A stretch of DNA of 64,000 nucleotides, taken from assembly GCA_039808465.1 (NCBI GenBank), contig JBDHTA010000001.1, positions 1,578-65,577 on the forward strand, given 5' to 3'. Position 1 is the first letter of the stretch. Every line of letters begins with the position of its first letter. The notes below the pieces were generated by a model. The model saw only the letters and a program-made list of their open reading frames with translations, was not told the origin of the DNA and did no database searches. A program made the translations under genes and the position numbers. This DNA is from Rhizobiaceae bacterium (GTDB taxonomy: Bacteria > Pseudomonadota > Alphaproteobacteria > Rhizobiales > Rhizobiaceae). This document shows positions 38,215 through 47,621 of the stretch, one piece after another.

Positions 38215-39605
38215 CAGCCTGCCTCCCCGAATCGCGTGAAGACGCGGCCATCGTTCAGAATCCAGCCGGGATCGAAGGCCGCCTTCAGCCGCGCCATCGC
38301 CGCAATCTCATCGGCGCCGCGGCACAGCGGCAGCCATTCCACCTTGTCCTGCCCGATGCCATGCTCGGCGGTGATCACCCCGCCATGGCGGGCCGTCAGC
38401 GCGAACACCTCGCCGACCAGCGCGTGATCCGGCTCTCCGGCGAGAATGTAATGCAGGTTGCCATCGCCCAGATGCCCGAAGACCAGCGGCCGCGCCCGGC
38501 TGGCGCAGAGCGCCTCCGCTTCCGGCAGGAAGCGGGCGATCGCGGCAATCGGCAGCGACAGGTCGAGGCTGGTGATCGGCCCGGCATTTTCGATGAGATA
38601 ATGGCTGCATCCTTCGCGCAGCGACCAGAGCCGCAGGCAATCCGCCTCGGAAGCCGACAGCACCGCATCGCCGATGCGTCCCTGCGCCAGCGCCTCGCCG
38701 AGCACGGTTTCCAGCCTCTCCCCCTCGCCCCGCGCATCCATCTCCACGATCTCGATCAGCAAGGCGGCGGGCGCGGGCGCGGCGAAGGGATAGCGCAGGC
38801 CCCGCGCCGCGCAGGCTTCGCTCAGCAGCGGATCGACGATCAGCTCGCAGGCCTGCAAGCACGGGCCGAGCCCCGCCCGCAGCAGCGGCAGAAGCGCCAC
38901 CGCCGCCTCGACGCTGCCAAGCGCGCACACCGCCACCCGCCGCGACACCGGCGCCGGATGCAGCCGCAGCACCAGCCGGGTGATCACGCCGAGCACGCCC
39001 TCGCTGCCGATCAGCATCTGGCCGAGATCGAGGCCGCTATTGTCCTTGGCAAGCCCGCCCATGCGCCGGATCACCAGCCCATCGGCCAGCACCGCCTCGA
39101 TGCCCGCGACCTGCTGCCGGAAGGTGCCGTAGCGCAGCGCCAGCGGCCCGCCCGCATTGGTCGCCGCCATGCCGCCGAGCGTCGCGCTGCCCCTCGCGCC
39201 GAGATCGGCGGCCAGAAAAAACCCGGCATCCCGCGCCGCGCCTTGCGCGGTTTCCAGCGCCGTTCCGGCCCCGGCCGTCAGGGTTGCCGCCACCGGATCG
39301 ATGACCGGCGCCTCGTTCAGCCGTTCGGTGGAGAGCACGATCTCGCCCTCGCGCACCCGCGCCCCGCCGGAAAGCCCGGTGCGCCCGCCCTGCACCACCA
39401 CGGGCAGACCGGCCTGCTGCAACACGCGCAGGATCAGCGCGCACTCTTCCGCCGTTCGCGGCACAAGCACGGCGCGGGGCCGCTTTCCCGGCATGCCCGC
39501 CGCGTCGTCGCCATAGCGCGGCTCGACCGGCGCCTGAAAGGCCAGCAATGCCTCGGGAAGCCCGTCGGCGGCGGTGTTGAGTGGCGACACGTCCTTGCTC
39601 CTCAT
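38214..39605 (-). CDS. FAD-linked oxidase (GlcD/D-lactate dehydrogenase-like)
   Basis: FAD_binding_4-type N-terminus (AVLVPRTAEECALILRVLQQAGLPVVVQGGRTGLSGGA) and C-terminal HGGVITAEHGIG. The stop overlaps the downstream start by 1 nt (TGATG). Confidence 0.85.
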   Translation of the reverse strand: MRSKDVSPLNTAADGLPEALLAFQAPVEPRYGDDAAGMPGKRPRAVLVPRTAEECALILRVLQQAGLPVVVQGGRTGLSGGARVREGEIVLSTERLNEAPVIDPVAATLTAGAGTALETAQGAARDAGFFLAADLGARGSATLGGMAATNAGGPLALRYGTFRQQVAGIEAVLADGLVIRRMGGLAKDNSGLDLGQMLIGSEGVLGVITRLVLRLHPAPVSRRVAVCALGSVEAAVALLPLLRAGLGPCLQACELIVDPLLSEACAARGLRYPFAAPAPAALLIEIVEMDARGEGERLETVLGEALAQGRIGDAVLSASEADCLRLWSLREGCSHYLIENAGPITSLDLSLPIAAIARFLPEAEALCASRARPLVFGHLGDGNLHYILAGEPDHALVGEVFALTARHGGVITAEHGIGQDKVEWLPLCRGADEIAAMARLKAAFDPGWILNDGRVFTRFGEAG

Positions 39606-39791
39606 GCATGGGCGGTCAACCCATGGTTCCGGCATGTATTTGGTCCGCGCTCTTCCCCACGCAACAGGGGAGGCGCGGAAATCAGGTTATTTCTGTTGCA
39701 TTCATTGTCAAATAGATATTTCAATATGGAAATATGGTTCCTCCGGCCGCGGCGGCATTTTTCCGCGTGGTCCCCCAACATCTGGAGCGTG

Positions 39792-40808
39792 ATGATGGAC
39801 ATCGATCAGAGCAAAGAGATCGCCGGTTTCACCGGCATGGTCATCCGGGATGTCGACGGCAAGCCCAAGGCCGGGTTCGAACAACTGACGCTGGCCGACC
39901 TGCCCGACAACGACGTTCTGGTCGAGATCAGCCATTCGAGCCTCAACTACAAGGACGGGCTGGCGATCAGCGGCAAGGGCCGCATCGCCCGCCGCCTGCC
40001 GATGGTGGCGGGCATCGATCTGGCCGGAACCGTCGTCCGCTCGAAGGCGGACGCATGGAAGCCGGGCGACCGGGTGATCGTCAACGGCTGGGGCCTGTCC
40101 GAAACCGAATGGGGCGGCTACACCCGCTACCAGAGCCTGAAGGCCGGGCACCTGACCCGCCTGCCCGAAGGCTTTTCCCCCGCCGAGGCCATGGCCATCG
40201 GCACGGCTGGCTATACGGCCGCCCTTTGCGTTCTGGCGCTGGAGGACTGGGGCGTGATCCAGCCCGATGGCGGCGAGGTGCTGGTGACGGGCGCCGCCGG
40301 CGGCGTCGGCACCGTGGCGATCGCCCTGCTGGCGGCGCGCGGCTACCGCGTCGTGGCCGCGACCGGGCGCGAAAGCCAGCATGAGTTCCTGCGCGGCCTT
40401 GGCGCGTCCGATTTCGTGGCGCGCGGCGCGCTGTCGGAGCCGGGCAAGATGTTGCAGGCCGAGCGCTGGGCAGGCGCGGTCGACACCGTGGGCAGCCACA
40501 CGCTCGCCAATGTGCTGGCGCAGACGAAATACGGCGGCGCCGTCGCGGCCTGCGGCCTTGCGGGCGGCGCGGATCTGCCCGCCTCGGTCATGCCGCATAT
40601 CCTGCGCAGCGTGGCGCTGCTCGGCGTGGATTCGGTGATGGCGCCCTCGGCAAAACGCGACCGCGCCTGGGCCTTCCTCGACGCCCATCTCGACCGCGAC
40701 AAGCTTGCGGCACTCACCACCACCGCCCCCTTCGACGCCATCCCGGCGCTTGCGGACGCCATCGTCAAGGGCGAGACCCGTGGCCGCACCGTCATCGAAA
40801 TTGCCTGA
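39792..40808 (+). CDS. YhdH/AcuI-family NADPH:quinone/acrylyl-CoA reductase (MDR superfamily)
   Basis: Aligns by eye with E. coli YhdH (VEISHSSLNYKDGLAISGKG...PMVAGIDLAGTV...NGWGLSETEWGGY...VTGAAGGVGTVAIALL...GRESQHEFLRGLGAS...GLAGG..LP.SVMP.ILR.V.L.GVDSVM). The start is uncertain: ATG 39792, 39795 or 39837. Only the last third of track ORF 38193..40808 is real. Confidence 0.85.
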   Translation: MMDIDQSKEIAGFTGMVIRDVDGKPKAGFEQLTLADLPDNDVLVEISHSSLNYKDGLAISGKGRIARRLPMVAGIDLAGTVVRSKADAWKPGDRVIVNGWGLSETEWGGYTRYQSLKAGHLTRLPEGFSPAEAMAIGTAGYTAALCVLALEDWGVIQPDGGEVLVTGAAGGVGTVAIALLAARGYRVVAATGRESQHEFLRGLGASDFVARGALSEPGKMLQAERWAGAVDTVGSHTLANVLAQTKYGGAVAACGLAGGADLPASVMPHILRSVALLGVDSVMAPSAKRDRAWAFLDAHLDRDKLAALTTTAPFDAIPALADAIVKGETRGRTVIEIA

Positions 40809-40820
40809 GGAAACAGCGAT

Positions 40821-41630
40821 ATGAGCGACGATCTGATCTTGTGGAAGAAGGATCCGGACGATGCCTTCGTCACGCTGACGATGAACCGTCCCGACAAGAT
40901 GAACGCCATGAACCAGGCGCTCGGCGACGCGCTGGAAGAGGCGATCGTCCGCGCCATCAGGGATCCCGATATCCGCGCCGTGATCCTGACGGGCGCGGGC
41001 CGCGCCTTCACGGCGGGCTTCGATCTCGGCGGCGAGGATTTCGAGATGAACGCCGACCAGTGGCGCAACGATATCGGCGAGAACATGCGCAGGCTGCGGC
41101 TGATCCGCGAGGCGCCGATCCCGATCATCGCCGCCGTCAACGGCTTTGCGCTGGCGGGCGGGCTGGAGCTGATGATGTGCTGCGACATGGCGATCGCCGC
41201 CGAGGGCGCGATGCTGGGCGAGCCGGAGGTGCGCCACGTCTCCGCCCCGCCGACGCTGATGCTGCCCTGGACCGTGCCGATGATCCATGCCCGCCACCTG
41301 ATGTATACCGGCGACATGATCGATGCGGTCGAAGCGCACCGCATTCATCTGGTGAACAAGGTGGTGCCGCCGGACATGCTGATGGCCGAGGCCGAAAAGC
41401 TCGCCCGCAAATGCGCCCGCATGCCGGGCGCGGCGATCAAATATGCCAAGGCCGCCCTCAACCACCAGCAGCAGACCGCCGGTCTGGAAAGCTCGTGGAC
41501 CTACAATCGCGAGACCACCGCCATCCTGCACGCCACCGACGAGGGCCGCTACTGGATGAACATGCTGAAGGAAAAATCGCTGAAGGAATTCCTCGCCGCA
41601 CGCGAGGCGCCTTTCAGGGAGCTGGACTGA
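40821..41630 (+). CDS. Enoyl-CoA hydratase/isomerase (crotonase) family protein
   Basis: VILTGAGRAFTAGFDL oxyanion-hole segment and AAVNGFALAGGLELMMCCDM. SD GAGGAAA. Confidence 0.88.
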   Translation: MSDDLILWKKDPDDAFVTLTMNRPDKMNAMNQALGDALEEAIVRAIRDPDIRAVILTGAGRAFTAGFDLGGEDFEMNADQWRNDIGENMRRLRLIREAPIPIIAAVNGFALAGGLELMMCCDMAIAAEGAMLGEPEVRHVSAPPTLMLPWTVPMIHARHLMYTGDMIDAVEAHRIHLVNKVVPPDMLMAEAEKLARKCARMPGAAIKYAKAALNHQQQTAGLESSWTYNRETTAILHATDEGRYWMNMLKEKSLKEFLAAREAPFRELD

Positions 41631-41646
41631 GGCGGGGCGGCGGTCC

Positions 41647-41708
41647 GCCCCTCATCCGCCCTGCCGGGCACCCTCTCCCCGCAAGCGGGGAGAAGGAAGA
41701 TATGCCGC
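41647..41708 (+). repeat. Repeat module with CTCTCCCCGCAAGCGGGGAGAAG palindrome
   Basis: gcccctcatccgccctgccgggcaccctctccccgcaagcggggagaaggaagatatgccgc, matching 31941-31998. Confidence 0.8.
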
Positions 41709-41746
41709 GCCGGTTTCCGCAATCGCGGGCGTTTGGCGGGGCAATC

Positions 41747-41908
41747 GGATACGGAAAACCCCCTCTGCCTGCCGGCATCTCCCCCACAAAGGGGGAGAAA
41801 GTCAAAGGCTTGCTTTTCCCTCGATTTGTGAATGCAGAGGGTGCCGCAGGTTAAGTCCCTCCCCCTTGTGGGGAGGGATTTAGGGAGGGGTCTTACCTCA
41901 TATGCGAT
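41747..41908 (+). repeat. Mosaic nested-palindrome intergenic repeat, full copy
   Basis: ggatacggaaaaccccctctgcctgccggcatctcccccacaaagggggagaaagt...gtccctcccccttgtggggagggatttagggaggggtcttacctcatatgcgat. Confidence 0.85.
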
Positions 41909-41950
41909 TACCCCGCCATAAACCGGGAGCGGGTGAGACCCAAACCCGTC

Positions 41951-43636
41951 TCACCCAACAGCCTGACCGATCCGGCCCGCCGCCAGATCGGCGAACAAGG
42001 TTGCGTGATTGCGCAGGATGCGGCTTTGCACCAGTTGCCCCTTGGCCGAAACCTCTCCGGCTTCCGCCGAGGGCGTGAACCGGGCGAGATCGAAACGGCG
42101 GATCGCCGTCGAGGAGCCGGGGTTTTCGCGGTTCCAATCGCGCAGCGCCTCGCGCAATGCGCGTCCGTCACTCTCCGGCGCAGAGAAAACCAGCGCCACC
42201 AGCCCGTCGCCGCCCGCCCCGCCCAGCACCAGATCCTGCGCCAGCGGGCCAAGCCTACGCAGAAGCTGACCGCGCAGCAGGCCCGAGCGCACCTTGACGC
42301 CGCTCGCCAGCTTGAAATCCTCCGAGATGCGGCCGTCGAAGCGCAGCATGGTCACGCCCGCCGCGTCCCCGGCCAGAAGCCCCGCATCGCCGGTGCGGTA
42401 AAAGCCCTCCTCGTCCAGCGGCAGCGCGAAAGGCCCCTCCTCTCCCAGATAGCAGGGGGCGAGGTTGGGGCCGCGAAAGCGGAGTTCCCGGCAGCCATCC
42501 GTTTCCACCAGAGCGATCTCATGGCCGGGCAGCGGCCAGCCCAGCGCGCCGGGGCCGGATATATCGCCCGGCACGAGGCACATGGTCGAGGCCGCCTCGG
42601 TGGCGCCATAGCCGGAGAGGATCACAATCCGCCGCCCGGTCCGCGCCAGCATGTCCGCGCGAAAATCCTGCAAGCGCTGCCAGAGCGCGGGCTCCATCGC
42701 CGCCCCGGCGAAAAAGATATGCGACAGCGCCCCGCAGCCACGGGCAACCCGCTCCGGTTCCGCCGCATGCGCGTCCAGCAGCAACTTCAGACCGAGCGGC
42801 ACGCCGATGGACAGCGTCGGGCGCGCATCCGCCATCAGATCCAGCATGGCATCCATGCCCTCGACGGAAGGCGGCGGGGCGAGATGCAGCGTGCCGCCAT
42901 TCCAGATCATCTTGAAAATATTGTCCAATCCGCCGAACACATGATGCCACGGCATCCAGTCGATCAGGACCGGCGGCCGCTCGCCCAGAAACGGCCAGGC
43001 CACGGCGCAGGCCGCCTGGCAGGACGAGATCATGGCGCGGGTGGTCGGAACGCCCTTCGGCGCCCCGGTGCTGCCCGATGTGAAGAAGATCGCCGTCCAG
43101 TCATCCGGCGCGCCGTCCCGGTCTTCGGCCGGAGGCGCGGACGGCAGGGCGTCCAGTGATACGGCTTCCGCCTGCTCCATCGCATGCCCGGCAGGCACCG
43201 CCAGCAGCTCCGGCCTGATGACACGCCACAGGCGCTGAGCCTCTTCACTGGCGGACGAAAGCGCCGAAAATCCGCGAAACGGATGCGGCGGCAGGCTGAC
43301 ATGCACGAAGCCGCCGAGCAGGCAGGCAAGCCGCAGGCGCAGCGCATCGATGCCGGGCGGCAGCAGGCTGGCGATCCGGGCGCCCGCATGCAGGCCGCGC
43401 CGCAGCAGGCGGCCATGCAGCGCCCGCGCCTCCGCCAGCGCCGCCGCGTAGGAAATGCCGTTGCGCCCGCCCCTTGCGCCCGGCTCGGTCATCAGCAGGC
43501 AGTCGGGATGGCGGGCGGCCTGCTCGCGCAGTTTTTGCGCGATATCCACCTCCGCCCCCGCCAGCGCTTGCGACGAGGACAGCACGGGCGACCCGTCCTT
43601 GCGCGGGCGGGAAAGAAGCTGCGGGGCGTCGCTCAT
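41951..43636 (-). CDS. AMP-dependent acyl-CoA synthetase/ligase (feruloyl-CoA-synthase-like subgroup)
   Basis: AMP-binding signature IFFTSGSTGAPKGV, SGYGATE, YRTGD. SD GGAAAGGAAAGG. Confidence 0.85.
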   Translation of the reverse strand: MSDAPQLLSRPRKDGSPVLSSSQALAGAEVDIAQKLREQAARHPDCLLMTEPGARGGRNGISYAAALAEARALHGRLLRRGLHAGARIASLLPPGIDALRLRLACLLGGFVHVSLPPHPFRGFSALSSASEEAQRLWRVIRPELLAVPAGHAMEQAEAVSLDALPSAPPAEDRDGAPDDWTAIFFTSGSTGAPKGVPTTRAMISSCQAACAVAWPFLGERPPVLIDWMPWHHVFGGLDNIFKMIWNGGTLHLAPPPSVEGMDAMLDLMADARPTLSIGVPLGLKLLLDAHAAEPERVARGCGALSHIFFAGAAMEPALWQRLQDFRADMLARTGRRIVILSGYGATEAASTMCLVPGDISGPGALGWPLPGHEIALVETDGCRELRFRGPNLAPCYLGEEGPFALPLDEEGFYRTGDAGLLAGDAAGVTMLRFDGRISEDFKLASGVKVRSGLLRGQLLRRLGPLAQDLVLGGAGGDGLVALVFSAPESDGRALREALRDWNRENPGSSTAIRRFDLARFTPSAEAGEVSAKGQLVQSRILRNHATLFADLAAGRIGQAVG

Positions 43637-43663
43637 GCCCTTTCCTTTCCTTTCCGTTGCCGG

Positions 43664-44416
43664 TCAGGCCGGTTTGCCGTCGGCCTGCCGCGCTTCGCGC
43701 TGATCGACGGCCATCTGGTAGACGCCGCTCTGGTATTCGATCAGGGCATCGAAGGCGGCGACCGCTTCGGCGGCGTCGCGGGCGAGGATCGCCGAGAAGA
43801 TCCGCCTTTGCAGGGCAACGACCCGGTCGCGCTGGCGAAACTGGAACGAAATCATGTTGGCGGCCGGGATCAGCGACTGGTTGACCATCACCATCACCAG
43901 CCGCAGCAGCGCGTTCGGGCTGGCCGCCGCCACGGCCTGATGGAACTCGACCTCCAGCCTGCAAAAATCCTCGTCCGATATCTCGGTATGATCCAGCTCC
44001 AGCAGCGCCGCCTCGATGCGCTTGTGGTCGTTGCGGTCGGCATATTCGCAGGCCGCCTCGATGCACAGCCGCCCGAGGCTGCGGCGCGCCTCCACGATAT
44101 CCGACAGGCCGACCGCCCCCAGCGACACCAGCCAGTTGGTCGTTTCGTGCAGGGTCTGGGCGGCGATGTCGAGCGAGGGCGGATTGACGAAGACGCCGCC
44201 CTTCGGCCCCCGCTTCGAGCGGATCAGCTTCTTGGCGGCCAGAAATTTCATCGCCTCGCGCACCGTCGGCTGCGAAACGGAAAAACGCTCGGCAAGCTCG
44301 GCTTCCGACGGCAATCTTTCGGCCGTCCCCAGACGCCCCTGCATGATGTCGTCCTGAAGATGACCGGCGATCTGACGCGCCAGCCCCTGATTGCGATCTA
44401 TGCCGTTCATTCGCAT
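43664..44416 (-). CDS. GntR-family (FadR/FCD subfamily) transcriptional regulator
   Basis: wHTH LPSEAELAERFSVSQPTVREAMKFLAAKKLIRSKRGPKGGVFV plus an all-helical FCD-like C-terminal domain. An alternative start is ATG 44410. Confidence 0.88.
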   Translation of the reverse strand: MRMNGIDRNQGLARQIAGHLQDDIMQGRLGTAERLPSEAELAERFSVSQPTVREAMKFLAAKKLIRSKRGPKGGVFVNPPSLDIAAQTLHETTNWLVSLGAVGLSDIVEARRSLGRLCIEAACEYADRNDHKRIEAALLELDHTEISDEDFCRLEVEFHQAVAAASPNALLRLVMVMVNQSLIPAANMISFQFRQRDRVVALQRRIFSAILARDAAEAVAAFDALIEYQSGVYQMAVDQREARQADGKPA

Positions 44417-44581
44417 TCCACCCTGTTTTCGATAATATACCAGTCAATTGGCATATTGAAATATAGAATTATTGACAAAACCCCGGATTCGGTGCCAGCC
44501 TGCTGGAAAGCATCCCTTCTGCCGAAATGCTGCCGAACCAGAGATCCGTCGAACGGACGGTCCAACAGGGGAGTAACCGAC

Positions 44582-45613
44582 ATGATCACGAGACGCCAGC
44601 TTATGGCGGGCATTGGCGCATCCGCCGCTTTTCTTCCGCTTGCAAACCGGGCGCGCGCGCAATCCCCCTTCGTCATTCCGACCTATGGCGGCACCTGGGC
44701 GAAGCTCTGGGAGGAGACGCTCGTTCCCGATTTCACCGCCGCTACCGGCATCAAGAGCCAGATCGACGTGGGGCTCGGCAAGGATTTCGTATCGAAAATC
44801 CGTGCGGGCGGCAATGCCTCGCCCTATTCGGTGTTCATGGGCAACGAGAACATCGCCGCGACGCTGCGCGCCGAGGGCTTCTTCGAGCCGCTCGACCTTG
44901 CGAAAATCCCCAATGCCGCGAACCTGCATGACGGGCTGATCAACGCCAACAACAGCGGCCTGCGCGGCATCATCTCGCCGATCGGGCTGGCATGGCGCAC
45001 CGACATGGTGGAGACGGCGCCGAAATCCTGGACCGATCTCTGGGAGAATTCCGAATTCGCCGGGCGCATCGGGCTCTACCAGATCGGCAATACCGGGGCG
45101 CAACTGTTCCTGCGGCTGGCGGGCAAGCTGTTCGGCTCGGGCGATACCGATATCGACACCGCCTTCACCAAGATCAAGGAATTGCAGCCCTTCACGCAGG
45201 CCTCGTGGTCGGGCGAGGTCGCGACCGCCCTGATGCGCGGCGACGTCGCCATCGCGCCGGTCGACTGGACCGAGATCCTGACGCTTCAGGACAAGGGCGC
45301 CCCGGTGGAGATCATCGTGCCGACCGAAGGCGTGCTGAGCTACGAACAGAGCTTCAACATCGTGGCTTCGGGCGACAACAAGGACGCGGCCCACGCCTAT
45401 ATCAACTTCCTGATCGACCCGAAGGTGCAGTCGAAGCTGGCCGACACCTTCTACATCGCGCCCGCCAACCGCGAGTCGGTGGTCAGTGAAAAGGTCTCGC
45501 CGCGCCTGCCGATCCAGGGCGACCAGATGTCGAAGATCATCCGCTTCGAATGGGACAGCTACGTGCCGATCGCCGCCGAGGTCGCCGATCGCTGGAACCG
45601 CGAAATCGGCTGA
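44582..45613 (+). CDS. ABC transporter periplasmic binding protein (PotD/PotF-like), Tat signal
   Basis: MITRRQLMAGIGASAAFLPLANRARAQ twin-arginine leader and a family-1 SBP body. Start moved to ATG 44582 (SD GGGGAG). Confidence 0.85.
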   Translation: MITRRQLMAGIGASAAFLPLANRARAQSPFVIPTYGGTWAKLWEETLVPDFTAATGIKSQIDVGLGKDFVSKIRAGGNASPYSVFMGNENIAATLRAEGFFEPLDLAKIPNAANLHDGLINANNSGLRGIISPIGLAWRTDMVETAPKSWTDLWENSEFAGRIGLYQIGNTGAQLFLRLAGKLFGSGDTDIDTAFTKIKELQPFTQASWSGEVATALMRGDVAIAPVDWTEILTLQDKGAPVEIIVPTEGVLSYEQSFNIVASGDNKDAAHAYINFLIDPKVQSKLADTFYIAPANRESVVSEKVSPRLPIQGDQMSKIIRFEWDSYVPIAAEVADRWNREIG

Positions 45614-45687
45614 ACCCCACGTTCCGGGGCCGGGGGCTTGCCTCCCGGCCCCGCGCGCGCCCCACGCCCCGCAAGCCCGGAGTCGAC

Positions 45688-46731
45688 ATGACCACGCTCA
45701 GACTGGACACGATCAACAAGTTCTACGGAGCGCAGCATATCCTCAAGGATATCGACCTCGACATCCGCGAGGGCGAGTTCATTTCGCTTCTGGGGCCTTC
45801 GGGATGCGGCAAGACGACGACGCTGCGCTGCATCGCCGGGTTCGAAAGCGTGAGCGGCGGGAAGATCCTGTTCGGAAGCCGCGACATGACCCATGCCATG
45901 CCCGAGCATCGCGATCTCGGCATGGTGTTCCAGTCCTACGCGCTGTTTCCGCATATGACGGTGGCGGAAAACCTGTCCTTCGGGCTGGAGGTACGCAAGG
46001 TCTCGCCCTCCGAGCGCGCCCGCCGCATCGCCGCCGTGCTGGAGATGGTCAGGCTCACCGGCTATGACGGGCGCTACCCCCGCGAATTGTCCGGCGGCCA
46101 GCAGCAGCGCGTGGCGCTCGCCCGCGCCCTGGTCATCGAGCCTTCCGTGTTGCTTCTCGACGAGCCGCTCGCCAATCTCGACGCCAGCCTGCGCGACGAC
46201 ATGCGCTTCTTCATCCGCGATCTGCAACAGCGCGTCGGCATCACCACCATCTACGTCACCCATGACCAGAGCGAGGCCATGGTGATGTCGGACCGCATCG
46301 TCGTCATGAACCACGGCGTCATCGAGCAATGCGGCCCGCCCCGCGAGATCTACGAAAAACCGGCGTCGCAGATGGTGGCGGGCTTCATCGGCCAGTCGAA
46401 TTCGCTGGCCGGGGAGGTCATCGGCCGCGAGGGCAACGTCTATGTGATCGAAACGCAGGACGGCAAGCTCAAAAGCCTCGGCCGCGACGGGTTGACGGGG
46501 GCGGTGCGCGTGATGATCCGCCCCGAGAATATCGAGAACGCGGCGGCGGAAAATACGCTGTCCGGCAAGGTGGTGAAATCCACCTATCTCGGCGATGGCT
46601 GTCTTGTCGCGGTGGAGACGCCGAGCGGCAGCCGCTTCACCACCACCATGCCCGCCGACAGCGCGCTTGCGGCGGGCGATCCGGTGACGCTGGGCTTTGC
46701 CGCCCGCAAGGCATGGGCGTTTTCGGCATGA
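45688..46731 (+). CDS. ABC transporter ATP-binding protein (PotA-like)
   Basis: GPSGCGKTT, LSGGQQQRVALARA, LLLDEPLANLD, TOBE-like C-terminus. Start ATG 45688. Confidence 0.9.
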   Translation: MTTLRLDTINKFYGAQHILKDIDLDIREGEFISLLGPSGCGKTTTLRCIAGFESVSGGKILFGSRDMTHAMPEHRDLGMVFQSYALFPHMTVAENLSFGLEVRKVSPSERARRIAAVLEMVRLTGYDGRYPRELSGGQQQRVALARALVIEPSVLLLDEPLANLDASLRDDMRFFIRDLQQRVGITTIYVTHDQSEAMVMSDRIVVMNHGVIEQCGPPREIYEKPASQMVAGFIGQSNSLAGEVIGREGNVYVIETQDGKLKSLGRDGLTGAVRVMIRPENIENAAAENTLSGKVVKSTYLGDGCLVAVETPSGSRFTTTMPADSALAAGDPVTLGFAARKAWAFSA

Positions 46732-47621
46732 GCGCGGCCGCCTCCCCCGCCCCGAACGCCGTCACCGCCGCGCCGCGCCGCATGCCGGTCTGGTGGATGA
46801 TCCTGCCCGCGCTCACCCTGCTCACCGGATTCCTGCTGCTGCCCTATGCCTCGATCGTGGTGATGAGTTTCCGCGAGGCCTCGACCAGCGCGGTGTACGG
46901 GCCGGGCCTGACGCTTGGCCATTATACCGAGATCGTCACCGATTCCTTCGTCTGGGGGATCGTCTGGCGCACCCTGCGCACCGGGCTGATCGTCACCGTG
47001 GTCACGCTGCTGCTCGGCTATCCCGTCGCCTATCACCTTGCGCGCAGCCGCAGCCGCTGGACGAGCCTGCTCTATATCTGCGTGATCTCGCCGCTGCTGG
47101 TCGGGCTGGTGGTGCGCACCTTCGCCTGGCTGATCATCCTGTCCAACAGCGGCCTTGCCAATACCGCGCTGAAATGGGCCGGACTGATCGGGCGGCCGAT
47201 CATCTTCCTCAATTCCTCGCTCGGGGTCACCATCGCGCTGGTGCATGTCTTCCTGCCCTTCGTGATCCTGCCGCTGCTCGGCAATCTGCAAGCCATCAAT
47301 CCGGAAGTGGCGATGGCGGCGCGCTCGCTCGGCGCATCGCGGGCGCGCACCTTCTTCAAGGTGACGCTGCCGCTGTCGATGCCGGGCATCCAGGCGGGCG
47401 CCATCCTCGTCTTCGTGCTGTCGATCTCGGCCTATGTCACGCCCGCCATGCTGGGCGGCAGCCAGGGGCGCACCATGGCGGTGCTGGTGGTGCAATATCT
47501 GGTCGACAATTTCCGCTGGCCCGCGGGGGCCGCGCTCGCGATCTTCATGGCGGCGATCACCGTGTCGATCATCGCCCTCTACCTGCGCCTGACGGCGCGC
47601 GCCATGCGGAGGCTGCCATGA
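46728..47621 (+). CDS. ABC transporter permease (PotB-like)
   Basis: EAA loop EVAMAARSLGASRARTFFKVTLPL. ATGA overlaps at both ends (46728-46731 and 47618-47621). Confidence 0.88.
   Translation: MSAAASPAPNAVTAAPRRMPVWWMILPALTLLTGFLLLPYASIVVMSFREASTSAVYGPGLTLGHYTEIVTDSFVWGIVWRTLRTGLIVTVVTLLLGYPVAYHLARSRSRWTSLLYICVISPLLVGLVVRTFAWLIILSNSGLANTALKWAGLIGRPIIFLNSSLGVTIALVHVFLPFVILPLLGNLQAINPEVAMAARSLGASRARTFFKVTLPLSMPGIQAGAILVFVLSISAYVTPAMLGGSQGRTMAVLVVQYLVDNFRWPAGAALAIFMAAITVSIIALYLRLTARAMRRLP

Noticed and set aside
34822-38427. 1201-aa ORF on the plus strand
   Set aside because: It is antisense to the indolepyruvate-ferredoxin-oxidoreductase-family gene, which has clear TPP and 4Fe-4S motifs. Its product is Arg/Gly/His-rich without domains.
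38193-39791. N-terminal two-thirds of track ORF 38193..40808, and ORF 39708..41531 on the minus strand
   Set aside because: The first is antisense read-through over the GlcD-like gene. Only the part from about 39792 aligns with YhdH/AcuI proteins. The second is antisense to the acuI-like and crotonase genes.
20637-41908. Possibility that the repeated palindromes form a CRISPR array
   Set aside because: Copies are kilobases apart and separated by ordinary genes. There is no regular repeat-spacer periodicity and no cas genes.
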